Source: Octopus sinensis (taxonomy: Eukaryota). From it: a stretch of 64,000 nt of DNA. Where the stretch lies: contig NC_043012.1 in NCBI RefSeq assembly GCF_006345805.1, positions 42,036,001-42,100,000 on the forward strand. Reading direction: 5' to 3'. The translations under genes and the position numbers were made by a program. The notes beneath the pieces are model-generated. The model worked only from the letters and a program-made list of their open reading frames with translations. It made no database searches and had not been told where the DNA came from. Below are positions 50,871 to 64,000 of the stretch, piece by piece (position 1 is the stretch's first letter; every line of letters begins with the position of its first letter).

Positions 50871-52419
50871 GATTCATTCAACTTTTTTTCTGCCTCTAGA
50901 GGGCGTGTCACCATTATCAAATGACAATGAAGACCAACACTATATGGCAAGTTGAAATAATCTCAAGACTCAAGAATTCTCCAAAGTTGGCATGGCATTA
51001 ACGAAAAGGAAAGGATCATTGTCTGGAGATAAGAGAACTGTCGTGGACAAGGGTTTCTGCCTCAATAAGCGTCATTTATTATCTCTATGCGAATATAAAT
51101 CCACATTGAAACTTTGTGGTGTTTAATATGCCGGTCCATTTTGCTCCTTGTCAGTTTAATGGTTAGGAATGTTTGAGAGAGCAGCACATGTGTTATACAA
51201 GCATATGTCACTATAAAATTTGACCTGCGACTGCTTTTTTTCCCTTTCACCCCCACTCCAAAGCACAAACCAAGACTGAAGCATCCTAGTTCCACGAAAA
51301 CAGCCTGCGAACATTTTGTTGCGATGATCGTGGTGCTATGCGAATCAGTGACAATGAAGTCCCAAGATTCCCGTAGTTTCTTCGCACGTGAGGGCACGAA
51401 AAATGCGGGAGCGGGCGCGCCTGTTGGTTCTAATCGCATTCACATCGTCGATAGCCTATTTTTAGATACAATTTAATATATTTCTTGTACGTGGTATCTG
51501 TACTATCCATCATAGGATAATCGAGGCTCTCCAAGGTGCTAAATATCAACTATTAAACTACATGCTCTGTTCAGACTGTTCAGCGAAGTATTTCGTTAGA
51601 ATTCCCTACAACTTAAAGTATATCCAGTTAATGGCAATTATTTAGAAATATCTGTTGCCTATGCATCACCTGTCATATCTGCCATTAATCAGAGATCACA
51701 TCAGATTAACAGCGAATCCATTTAAAATTAAGTATTAGTAGCATAATTATACCTTTAAATCATCAGGGGATTTGACACTACTCTAGTGATATATATCTGC
51801 ATTATTATTTTTTAAATAATAATTTAATACCCAAATAAGCCAACAACTTGTACATAGTGAAACAATGCAACTCATTCTGTAGTTAGTGTGTCCTTGAAAA
51901 CCTTGTCAGTTTAAAACACAAAGCTAAAAATAACTTTATAGACATACAGAGCAAATTTTTTCATGCTTATATATGCGGAAATAACTTCTTAAACACTATG
52001 ATGTCATCGTATCTTGAAATAGGAATAAATTACTTTTTCTTTTCTTTTTGTCTTTGGTTTTGTTTTCATGTTTGGGAAAAATTATGCATTTAACGTTTTT
52101 AATGCAGCAATTGATTTAGAGTGAGCTCCCCTTACAATAACTCTTACTACCATTTCCCACCATAATTGTATATAGTGAAAACTTTAAAATAACGTAGAAA
52201 ATTCTCCCTTTCACAGCTCATTTACAGAAATTTAAATCGAAAGATTATTTTTTTAATTATACACTCGACAGTTTAAACACACACACTTACACTATAGACA
52301 CACACATACATCCACCCTATGATCAATATCTGACACCCTAAAATGAACAGCCAATGAAAACCAGTATTAAAATTTCGAAAAGTAACAACAGATTAGGATA
52401 ACTTCAAGCATAAATGATT

Positions 52420-52610
52420 TTATGCCGGACGAAATGCTTAGCAGTATCTTGTTCGTCTTTACATTCTGACTTCAAATTCCGCCGAGGCCGACTTTGCCTT
52501 TCATCCTTTCGGGGTCGATAACTTAAGTACCAGTTGCGTACTGGGGTCGAGCTAATCGACTTGGCCCCGTCCCCCAAAATTTCGGGCCTTGTGGCTAGAG
52601 TAGAAGAAAT
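52420..52610 (+). mobile_element. SINE B copy X with (ATT)n tail
   Basis: The 3' part is nearly identical to that of 53903-54108. Confidence 0.82.
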
Positions 52611-52692
52611 TATTATTGTTATCATTATTATTATTATTATCATCATCATCATTATCATTATTATTATTATATTATTATTATTATTATTATTA

Positions 52693-52725
<33 letters not shown>

Positions 52726-52742
52726 CATCATTATTATTATTA

Positions 52743-52786
<44 letters not shown>

Positions 52787-52815
52787 CATCATCATCATTA
52801 TCATTATTATTATTA

Positions 52816-52843
<28 letters not shown>

Positions 52844-52846
<3 letters not shown>

Positions 52847-53632
52847 TAGTTTTATTTTTATAGCGTGCTTTCACTTCACTACCGAGCGCAGCTCTGTGTG
52901 CCTTGGGTATGTGCTGTGATTTGTTGTGATGCTCTGATGGTTATTGTATGGAAAGTGTTCTGCGTAGGATGTGTGCAGTGCCTAGTAGTGCAATTTTCTG
53001 TATGTTATATGTGTTTGTAAGTCCTGGTGTTTTTGTTATGTATTTGTCTGAATATTTTTTTATCATGCCTAATGCACCTACTATGATAGGAATTGTTTCT
53101 GTTTTCAGGTTCCACATTCTAGTTACCTCTATTTCCAGGTCTTCGTATTTTGAGAGTTTCTCCATTTCTTTTAGAGACACGTTGTCATCTGCCGGTATTG
53201 ATACATCAATTAGAAAGCATTTTTTTTCTTCATGATCTCTGACAACTATATCTGGTCTGTTGGCCTTAATTTCTCTATCTGTGTGTATCGGCATATCCCA
53301 GAGTATGGTTGCTTTCTCGTTTTCTGTGACCTTTTCTGGTGTGTGCCTATACCATCTTTTTTCTGTTGTTATTCCATAATGTTGGCATAGCTTCCAATGT
53401 ATGTAGGTTCCAACTCTGTCATGTCTGTGAATATATTCCTTCTTAGCCAGGACTGGGCAGCTAGAGATAATATGATTTATTGTTTCTTGTCCATCTCCAC
53501 ATATTCTGCAGTTACTTGTAATATTCTTTTCATTACATGTTTTTGGTAATTCTGGTGGGGAGGCTTTGGTCTTGTGCTGCGATTAAAAATCCCTCTGTTT
53601 CTGCTTTGAGTCCTGAGCTTCTCAACCATTGC
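52844..53632 (-). mobile_element. R4/Dong family 1, 5'-truncated copy
   Basis: Near-identical to 2597-3350. ORF 52941-53294 ends IALLGTAHILRRTLSIQ*. Long (ATT)n arrays on both flanks. Confidence 0.92.
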
Positions 53633-53846
53633 ATTATTATTATTATTATTATTATATTATTATATTATTATATATTATTATTATTATTATTATTTTTATT
53701 TTTATTTTTATTATTATTTATTATTATTATTATTATTATTATATTATTATTATTATTATTATTATTATTATCATTATTATATATTATTATTATTATTATT
53801 ATATTATTATTATTATTTATTATTATTATCATTATTATTATCATTA

Positions 53847-53889
<43 letters not shown>

Positions 53890-53902
53890 TATTATTATTA
53901 TT

Positions 53903-54108
53903 AAGTTGGCAGAATTGTTAGCATGCCGGGCAAAATGCTTAGCGGCATTTCGTCCATCTTTACATTCTGAGTTCAAATTCCGCCGAGGCCGACTTTGCCT
54001 TTCATCCTTTCGGGGTCGATAACTTAAGTACCAGTTGCGTACTGGGTCGAGCTAATCGACTTGGCCCCGTCCCCAAAATTTCGGGCCTTGTGACTAGAGT
54101 AGAAGAGA
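53903..54108 (+). mobile_element. SINE B hybrid copy (5' as 55589, 3' as 52420)
   Basis: Direct sequence comparison of the three copies. Confidence 0.82.
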
Positions 54109-54155
54109 ATATTATTGTTATCATTATTATTATTATTATCATCATCATCATCATC

Positions 54156-54217
<62 letters not shown>

Positions 54218-54222
54218 CATCA

Positions 54223-54259
<37 letters not shown>

Positions 54260-54261
54260 CA

Positions 54262-54307
<46 letters not shown>

Positions 54308-54309
<2 letters not shown>

Positions 54310-54808
54310 GTTTGACTTTTGCTTTATGTCTGTACAAGTTGGCTCCAAGTCTCACCCAGAGACCTCAAGAGACAACAGGTTAGAAGTTCTGTGCCATATA
54401 TTTGGGTTTTTTTTTCTTTTTTTTTTCTGGTGTTGTACTAGTGAATGTCTAATACATGAAAAAAAAAAAAAAATAAATAAATAAATAAATAAATTGTTTT
54501 AAACCTTGGGATTACATAGAGAGTATTTTGCGTAGGATATGAGCAGTTCCCATGAGCACTATCTTTTGAATTTCTCCCATTTTGGGTTTCCTGGTATCTG
54601 AGTTAGGTAGCAATCAGTCCCTTTCGCTATCATTCCCAGGGCACCTATGACAACAGGTATTGTTTTAGTCTTCAGTTCCACATTTTGCTGATTTCTATTT
54701 CAAGATCTTTATATTTGCTCAGTTTTTGGTAGGTCTTGACAGATACGTTTATATCGATTGGGACAGTCATATCAATGATGAGGCATGTTCTTTGTCTGAA
54801 GTCTTTCA
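54308..54808 (-). mobile_element. R4/Dong-like 3' end (family 2)
   Basis: CLIIDMTVPIDINVSVKTYQKLSKYKDLEIEI...PVVIGALG...GTAHILRKILSM*, a distinct 3' UTR and a (TAA)n tail. Confidence 0.85.
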
Positions 54809-54840
54809 ATATAATTACTATTATTATTATTATTATTATA

Positions 54841-54894
<54 letters not shown>

Positions 54895-54904
54895 TATTAT
54901 TATT

Positions 54905-55454
54905 GAGTGAGCGAGCAGAGCATGCCATCAAAGTGACACTGGGGTAAAATATACGAAGCCCAGTATACCCATCATGACTACCCGTCTGATAAGGGTACAC
55001 CAGGCACATGCATCACAACCATATGTGCGCGACATGGTGATCTCATATCAAGATAAACAGCACATGACCTTGCAGGTGGAGCCCAGTTAGAATTTTCTTC
55101 AGATCGAGTAACCCATCTCGCTCAAAAGGTCCCTGAATAAGGGTTGTTTAAGGACGTTGAACGAAACACCCATGTTTCCAAAGGTGAATTATTCAAACCC
55201 CAAAGAATCCTTCTCAACACATGGCTATGATGCTCCCCCACTACTTCTGCTCGTGATCAGAGATGCACATATCGTCAGCCACTAAGGGACATGCTCAACT
55301 GGTTAAGGTCAAACAACTGACAAGCAAATCTGTGGTATTGAGCAGAATATTTGCTGTAGCCCATCTTTTATACCAAGACAAAACAATGTACATGATAACA
55401 CTTCCAATCAGTTAAGATCAGAAGCCATGAGAGCCACTGCCTGGTACTGCATCA
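54905..55454 (-). mobile_element. ~560-bp (TAA)n-associated element, copy 3
   Basis: Homologous to 2008-2565 with (ATT)n on both flanks. Confidence 0.8.
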
Positions 55455-55457
55455 TCA

Positions 55458-55690
<233 letters not shown>

Positions 55691-56751
55691 GCCTTATATG
55701 CACACACACACACACACATACAAATACACACACACACACATATATATATATATGCATATACATGCCTATATACACAGATATATATTGCATGAAATATGAG
55801 GACAAACACTAATACGCACTTAATGGTAAGCTGACACGTTGATGCATCAACACACACACACACACACATACACACATGACATACATACACACACGAAGTT
55901 TGAAACGTACCTGTACACCTACTGCTCAGGTACATTATTCCATTCTGCCACTTACACATAACACCCAGCATAAACTCTAATGTAAACGCATATACAATCG
56001 CACGCACACACACACACGCACACATAACATTACACATAAATACATTATTACAGCCATACATATACGTCATGTATGTCTGTAATACTTAATATATGCACGA
56101 CTCTACGTGTCATACACATACACACATACGCACACATGTAGACAGTAACACACACACACACGCACACACACACTTTGTATACTATTGCAACTCCACAGTT
56201 ACGCATGGCCGGTCATTAGCCTTTTGTCAGCCATTGGCGGCCTCTGGTGGTGACAGTTGGTGGTGGCGGTAGCGGTGGTGGTGGTGGCGGTGGTGGTGGT
56301 GGTGGTGTTACCATGGCAGAGAAAAACTTGTTAATAAAGCTTCCACGCCGCCACCCTCCTACAACGCTCACCAGCCTGACGCCCCGCCGCACATCACCAC
56401 CGCCGCTGCCACTTACTGTCAACATTGTTGTGTGACCTCCTCCCACTATCAGCAACCAACACCTCCTACCTCAGTCTACGTCGAATGAATACAATTTGTG
56501 GGGGGGGGTCTACTTCAGCTGTGAGAGTTTACATATACACGTCCATACACTGAAACACATATATAAAGCACACTCACACACATACACGCACACACTCACT
56601 GACTCTCACACACACACTCACGCACGCACACGCACACGCACAGTGAGGTGAAAAATTTAAATTGTACGAGAAATCAGCAATTCCTAGAACTGAAAGTATT
56701 GCTTTTCAGGTTATTGTAAGACGTATACATATGCACGAGTGTGTGTATATA

Positions 56752-56782
<31 letters not shown>

Positions 56783-56948
56783 TGTGTGTGTGTGGTGTGT
56801 GTGTGTGTGTGTGTGTGTGTACACACGCACAGAAAGAAAGGAAGATAGATAAATAGACAGACAGACAGACCGATCGATCGATCGATAGACAGACCGACAG
56901 ACCAATCGATCGATCGATATATAGACAGACAGACAGACAGACCGATCA

Positions 56949-56982
<34 letters not shown>

Positions 56983-56983
<1 letters not shown>

Positions 56984-59864
56984 TGTTTCTTTATTAGCCA
57001 CACAGGGCTGCACACAGATAGAACAAATTACAAGGTAGAGCTTTTCTTTTGAAGGTATTAAAAAAAAAAAAAAAAAAAAAAGGAAGGGGGAGGTTCGATC
57101 AAAAGGGATCGTAAAAGGAGAGAAAGAGGACAAAAATAAGGGGGGTTAAAAAAAAAAAAAAAAAAAAGGGGGGGAGAGGAAAAAAAAATGATCAATAGGG
57201 ATCGTTATCACAGAAATGTCAATATGAAGTGTAAAGGGGAGGACAGGTGAGGTTTACCCGTGGAAAGAAAAGCCTGCGGAAAGACCACGGTAACCTCGGT
57301 CAATGAAGTCACATTTTATATTTCTTTTTTTTTTTTTTTTTGCAAATAAGCAACTCTCTGTTTTCGATTTCTGGGTTCATAGGACTATGCTCAAGGTGGC
57401 TTCGTCATTCATACGTGCCATTCTTGCTACATCACCCATCTTTTTTTAAAACATTCGCTAGACAAAACTTGCCTCTCTACTCTCACTTTCCTTTTCAAGT
57501 GGTTCTTGAAGAAGTTGATGAGAGATTGACCAGAGAGGAAAGTGTTTGTCTCCAATCCTTTCAGACGCGTCCACCAGATACATTCCTTCGCCATAGCCAC
57601 AAGGATGATGAAAATAGCTCTTCCTTCCCGTTTGAAGGAAGGAGGCGTGACAATATTGACGATAGACTCAGCTGATAAACCGACTCGTCCCACACGTGAC
57701 AGCAGTTGTTCGACATAAGCCCACAGGTCGGAAATTGTTGGACACTGAACGAGTGCGTGCAGAACGGTTTCGTCGCTCTGACCGCATCTCGGGCAGGTCG
57801 GCCCCGTGTTCTCTCGAGCCGTGTCTGTAGAGCTTATCCCGAACGGGTAGCGCTTCTCGGTAGCACTGCCAGGCCAGGGATCTCTGGAAGTTGTCCATGG
57901 CCCTGGCCCGAAAGTCGTCCCGAACAGGCGGGTCAGGTACTCCTCGTCGACGTCCAGGTTCGCCCCGAGCTCGTCGTCGTACCTCCCCTCCACTAAACCC
58001 CTATAGAATGCTTGGGTTGTGTTGAAGTCACTCAAGGTCGACCAGGACGGCAGAGTTGCTTGAGAGCAACGCGACACTCGCGTGCCATTCGCCCTTCCTC
58101 GGCCTCTTTTTGATCCACGACTGCAGTTCGGTCATGGAGACGAGCTGCGGGAAAGCGTGCCTCACAAACGGCGACCACACCTGTTCACCGTCGTCTACAT
58201 AGAGCCAGAGATGTCGCAGTCTCAGCGCGTGTCTGCGCATCATCAACCACGGCATGCCAGCCCTCCTTTTAACGGGTGTTGACAGCAAATGGATCGCCTG
58301 ACCATCGGGACGCATCCTTTCCACAAGAAGCGAAAGAGGATGCGTTGTAGTTTGGTGATGGTAGGGTCGGGACAAGGTACGACGGTCAGGCGGTAGTAGA
58401 TGACGGACGCGATGTACGTGTTCGCCACCTCCGCTCGACCTTTTAGGGACAGTTTCCTCTCGGCCCATTGCCGGGCGAGAGTGACCACCCTACTCGTTAT
58501 CTCGTTCCAGTTCTTCTCCACTTGGAGGTCCGGACCAAACCAGACCCCGAGCAACTCAACCGGCCGTCGGTCCAGCGTCCCACGACGGAGGCGCTGGTGG
58601 ACGGCATGGGCTTGCTTCTCCAGGTGCCTAGTCGCAAGCCCACTGACTTTTCCCGGTTGATTTTCGCTCCTGTCACACGCTTCGTAGTTTTTCAGTGTCT
58701 CGCCGACCAGCTCGATGTGCTCGTGGCTAGACACTATGACGGTGACGTCGTCCGCGTATGCAGACACGCTCGTCCCGCATCCCAATTCTCGCGGGATGCC
58801 CCTTAGAGTCGCCAGCTTCCGCAGTAGTGGCTCAAGAGTCAATACGTATAGAAGCGCCGAGAGGGGGCATCCCTGACGGACCGAACGTGCAATGTCGAAA
58901 GGTCTCGATAGATGTCCATTTACGCGAATTACCGAACGGATGCCTCTGTACAAGGCAGCTATCCAGCCGCGGAAGACGGGACCGAAACCAGCCGCTCTCA
59001 GGACTGCCTCCAAGTATCGATGGTCTACCCTATCAAAGGCTTTTGATTGATCCAAGTTGATCAGGGGCCCCACCCATGCCAGGTTCGTTAACTACCCTGT
59101 CTATGATGTAGCGCATCAGATGGAGGTTGTCATGGATGGTCCGGCCTGGCACGGCGCATGTTTGCGCCTTGTCGACCAGTTTCTCGATGACAAGCGCCAA
59201 CCTCTTGGCTAGCACCTTGGCCAAAATTTTCAAGTCTGCATTAAGCAGAGTGATGGGCCTAAAGTTATCTATTACATTTCCCTTGTTTAGATCTTTCTTC
59301 AGCAGTGTTACGGCTCCTCGGCTCACAAAACCGGGAATGCTCCCGTTTTGCTGCCAGTTGCAGTACACCGCCGCCAAGAGATCTCCAAACAAGTCTGGCA
59401 TACAATTGTAAAGCTCGTAGGGTAGACCATCCAAACCCGGTGATTTGTCCCTCGAGCATTCTGCCATCGCTTCCCGCACTTCCGCGCCGTGATGGCACCT
59501 TCGCAGCACCCTGCCTTCTTGTCGAGAGTCGTGGTAGGCTATGTAGGTAGGCACTGAAGTCCACCCTACGTCTTGCCCTCCACTCGTTCCGAACAGTCGG
59601 GCAAAATGCTGCTGAAAGGCCTCACACATTTTACTTGGCTCGAGCAATTCGCGCCCCTGTTCATCTACCAGTGACCGAATGGTGGCTTTGTTGCCCTGTT
59701 GCGCCTCTGCCACCCGGGCCTCTCTCGCGGCTCCAACACCTTCGTTCCCTAGAGCACGCATCCTAGCTCTGACAGCACATCCTTCGTGTTTGGCGTTGAA
59801 GTGTTGGTCGAGGGCCAACCTCGCCGCCAAAACGTCGGATGCGATGCCGCTTCTAATTGCCTCT
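56983..59864 (-). mobile_element. Tx1/L1-like retrotransposon ORF2 (RT + C-terminal CCHC), 5'-truncated, copy 1
   Basis: SPGLDGLPYELY, NFRPITLLNADLKILAK, DQSKAFDRVDH, RQGCPLSALLY, YADDV, LFRFLWKG and CPRCGQSDETVLHALVQC motifs, frameshifted. (GATA)n lies on both flanks. Confidence 0.94.
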
Positions 59865-59908
<44 letters not shown>

Positions 59909-60143
59909 TAGTTAAATTTTTTTAGTGGAAAATTCTCCAAATTTGTGACTTATACAAACAGATAATACTTAGCAAAACTTCGAAGTCACTATTCAATAAA
60001 AATAATTAAATTTCTGGACTCTAAACTTGTATTGACTCTTTCCTCAGACAATGATCTCGTTTCTATATATACATACATACATACATACATACATACATAC
60101 ATACATACATACATACATACATGTGTATGTATGTGTATATCTA

Positions 60144-60179
<36 letters not shown>

Positions 60180-60227
60180 CATATATATATACGTATGTTG
60201 GAAGTGGATGCGTGGCGTTCGATCATG

Positions 60228-60542
60228 TAATAACAAAATAATAAATAAAACATATGCATATATACATACATATATGTACACACCTACATCTATATATATA
60301 TATATATATATTACATACATGCATATATAGGTACAGGATACCAAAAAACGTCGAACAAAATGAGAAACGAAAGCATAAAAACAGAACCATGGAAAAGTCC
60401 GTTTCCATGGTTCTGTTTTTATATTTTCGTTTCTCATTTTTTTTTTGGTGTCCTGTACCCATATATGCATGTATATATACATATAGATGTAGGTATGTAC
60501 ATATATGTATGTATATATGCTTATGTTTTATTTATTATTTGT

Positions 60543-60547
<5 letters not shown>
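60228..60547. repeat. Imperfect palindrome, ~160-bp arms, 6-nt loop
   Basis: aaaaacagaaccatggaaa-agtccg-tttccatggttctgttttt at the centre. Pairing continues out through low-complexity arms. Confidence 0.88.
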
Positions 60548-60591
<44 letters not shown>

Positions 60592-60619
60592 ATATTATAT
60601 ATATATGATATTATATATA

Positions 60620-60657
<38 letters not shown>

Positions 60658-60668
60658 GTATGTATATA

Positions 60669-60714
<46 letters not shown>

Positions 60715-60718
60715 TATA

Positions 60719-60766
<48 letters not shown>

Positions 60767-60817
60767 ATATATATACGTATGTCTATATGTACATATATAT
60801 ATATATATAAATATATA

Positions 60818-60863
<46 letters not shown>

Positions 60864-60883
60864 AGTATGTATATACGTACATA

Positions 60884-60922
<39 letters not shown>

Positions 60923-61030
60923 CGTATATATATGCACATATATATACACATATATATACATATATATATGTATGTGCATATATATATATATATATACATA
61001 TATTATGTGTGCATATATATACATACATAC

Positions 61031-61061
<31 letters not shown>

Positions 61062-61091
61062 TATATATAATACATACAATATATATAATAT

Positions 61092-61127
<36 letters not shown>

Positions 61128-61200
61128 CATGCATACATTCATAATTGCAAATATTTGCGTTGTATATGTATGTGTATATGTATATATGTATATATATGAT
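60548..61200. repeat. Interrupted (TA)n tract
   Basis: Read directly. It is the source of the poly-YI ORFs. Confidence 0.95.
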
Positions 61201-62291
61201 ATATATGTGTGAGTATACATACATACATATGTGTGTGTGTGTGTGCTTGTATGTATGTGTGTGTGCGTTGCGCATGCGTCCCCTCGCGAAGATGTACGTA
61301 TGTCAGTGTGTACTAATAGCTTAATTATATATATTATATGTTAATTTTCTGGTAAACACACACACACATCACAGAAACACACTCAAGCACACACACACAC
61401 ACACATTCGTGAGCACATAGAAATATATAGACATGTAAATGGATGTGTGTGTGTATGCGGGAGTTTGTATGTATGTGTGAGTGTGTCCTGTATGTATATA
61501 TTTATGCGTGTATATATCTAGGTATGAATGTATATCTATATCTCTAACTGTTCATTATGTATATCACGAGACTGTTAATACTCGTATCTATATGGTTTTG
61601 CTTCGACCATTTTGCTTGAATGAATGGGGTGTATATACTACAGCTCTTTCTTTCTCTTCCTCTTTCTCTAATTGACTGACTCTCTGCCCCAAAATTTCGG
61701 GCCTTGTGTCTAGAGTAGAAAGCGATAAATTAAGTACCAGTGAAAAACTGGGATCGATTAGTCTCCTCCCGCCAAATTTGAGGCCTTGGGCCTCCGCCAC
61801 TGGAAAGTATTATTACGCATACGCGCGCTTTATTCTTTCTGTAATTGAATCGAAAACTTGGTTCTAGTGGCCAAAAGATAAAGATGGCATATACACGTAG
61901 AACGACAGAGAGACAGGTTTATGCTTATGCTTATATATACACACGTACATAAATGTATGTGTGTGTAATTATATATGTATGCGCGTATGTGTTGCTGTAT
62001 AGAAATATGTATGTTTATTACCACGTTCCTTTCAACATATTTATAGTCCTATGTGTAAGGCATATTACACATGTATATCAGTGTATGTGCGTGCGTGTGT
62101 ATGTGTGTGCATATAGAAATAGATATTCTTACACATGCCTTCCCCCTCTCCCTCCCACTGTGTGTTTGTATGCGTATATATATATATATATATATATATA
62201 TTCTGTGCGTTTGTATGTATATATAAATGGATGGATGTAAGGATGTATATGTATATACATACATAAATACTGATAGATAGATAGATAGATG

Positions 62292-62339
<48 letters not shown>

Positions 62340-62367
62340 CGCAGTATATATACATACGCAAATACAG

Positions 62368-62408
<41 letters not shown>

Positions 62409-62716
62409 TATATGCGTGTGAGTCCATACAAATATATTTGTTGTTGTTGTTATTAGTGTTGTTGCTGCTCTCATTTAGTCTGGAGTTTTCTCCCACAATA
62501 GGTAAGTCGTTGTTCTCAATGACTACCAGAGCGCGACCGTGGGACCTCTGTGGGTGTGTGTATGCGTTTCACTGTGTGCGCATTGTGTATGCATACGTCT
62601 GTGTATGTGTGTGTGTTTGTGTGTATGCGTGTGTGTTTCTATGCTACTTACAAACTAGTTGCATGACAAAAAAACATTTTATTTTCTTTTGTTGTTTTGT
62701 TTCTTTTTTGTTCCAA

Positions 62717-62788
<72 letters not shown>

Positions 62789-62899
62789 GTCTCTCTTCCT
62801 CTCTCTCCCTCTCGTCTTCTCCCTCCCTCTTTCTCAGAAATATACTGTTGAATAATTATTATCTCTCTCTATTTCTCATATACATATACATATATATAT

Positions 62900-63063
62900 A
62901 CGACGGGCTTCTTTCAGTTTCCGTCTACCAAATCCACTCACAAGGCTTTGGTCGGCCCGAAACTATAGTAGAAGAAACTTGCTTGAGGTGCCACGCAGTG
63001 GGATTGAACATGGAACCATGTGATTGGTAAGCAAGCTACTTACCACACATCCACTTCTACGCC

Positions 63064-63065
<2 letters not shown>
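62900..63065 (-). mobile_element. SINE family A head
   Basis: Reverse complement of the 16793 head. An oppositely oriented partial copy lies at 63279-63369. Confidence 0.8.
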
Positions 63066-63101
<36 letters not shown>

Positions 63102-63159
63102 AAAGTATAAATATATATACATACGCATACAAGCAGACACATACACATGCATATATGTC

Positions 63160-63205
<46 letters not shown>

Positions 63206-63369
63206 TGTGTGTGATGTGTATGTCTGCTGTCTGTCTATGTATCTGCACACACATAGACACACACACACATATATATATAGGCGTAGGAGTGGATGTGTGG
63301 TGAGTAGCTTGCTTACCAACCACATGGTTCCATGTTCAATCCCACTGCGTGGCACCTCAAGCAAGTTTC

Positions 63370-63396
63370 TTAGGGTTAGGTTTAGGGTTAGGGTTA
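63370..63396 (+). repeat. Short interstitial telomere-like repeat (TTAGGG-type, ~4.5 units)
   Basis: TTAGGG TTAGG T TTAGGG TTAGGG TTA. Confidence 0.8.
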
Positions 63397-64000
63397 TTTC
63401 CTTTACTAACTAGAAATCCAAAAATGAACGACATCCTGAAAACACACAAAACTCATCAAAAGCAAAAACAAGACAAATCGCTAAAGAGACTACTAACAAA
63501 TGCGAAGCTTTACAAAATAACCATAAACCAACTGTTGAAAAATGTGGACGGCCAAACTGTGGAACCTGCCCCAATCTGCTTGAAGGCTCGGATTTCCTTT
63601 TGAAACAAGGACAGAGGTTCACAATTAAAACTAGTTTTACTTGTGCCTCAGAGAACCTAATTTATGTAATCACCTGCTCAGGTTGCGAACACCACTATAT
63701 TGGACAAACGAGTATGACCTTGAGAAAGAGAACCACTCTACATAAAGAGCAAATCCGTTTCCCGCAATACAGACAAATTCCTCTCAGTGAACATATAGAA
63801 AAATGTGCAGCTAACATCAAACCAAATTTCACAGCCTTCCCTTTCTACCAGTGCAAAGACGTAATCTCTCAACTAGAACGTTTAAATAAAGAACCTTTTT
63901 TCATTGAAAAATACAAAATACGTCTTAATATGCACGCATAACCAGCTTTTATCTTCTTACATATTTCAATTCACGACTACATCACTGTACATAAATCCCC
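63397..64000 (+). mobile_element. Penelope-like element 3' fragment with GIY-YIG endonuclease
   Basis: KCGRPNCGTCP Cys motif, then ENLIYVITCSGCEHHYIGQTSMTLRKRTTLHK (GIY-YIG) and a stop at 63941. 5'-truncated. Confidence 0.88.

Noticed and set aside
60254-61275. 296-aa YI-rich ORF and overlapping ORFs
   Set aside because: Translated (TA)n microsatellite. The same applies to the many YI, CV, HT and MYVC ORFs throughout the window.

Overview
This is eukaryotic DNA saturated with microsatellites and transposons. It is most likely from an octopus or other coleoid cephalopod, inferred from the SINE families, microsatellite density and mollusc-like chitin synthase. Almost all ORFs in the supplied track are translated microsatellites or TE debris. 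I reconstructed two real genes by hand from splice sites and reading frame, and they are convergent. (1) The last six exons of a chitin synthase on + (1818-23080, 5' part outside the window), with a 13.25-kb intron and a 2,054-nt terminal coding exon. (2) A complete five-exon NDUFS4 (complex I 18-kDa subunit, 163 aa) on - (41596-29389), mostly missed by the ORF track. The rest holds mariner, piggyBac-derived, Chapaev3-like, Gypsy, RTE, Tx1-like, several R4/Dong-like and Penelope remnants, plus at least three SINE families. The most interesting signals are: a community of microsatellite-associated retroelements (R4/Dong families and a ~560-bp non-coding element stacked in (TAA)n arrays, and Tx1-like copies tied to (GATA)n); a SINE triplication whose (ATT)n spacers hold different insertions; many long fold-backs inside introns, including a wobble-rich 137-nt hairpin; and telomeric TTAGGG repeats at the 5' junction of a Penelope fragment. 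No prokaryotic features, CRISPR arrays, rRNA or true tRNA genes were seen. TE boundaries are approximate.
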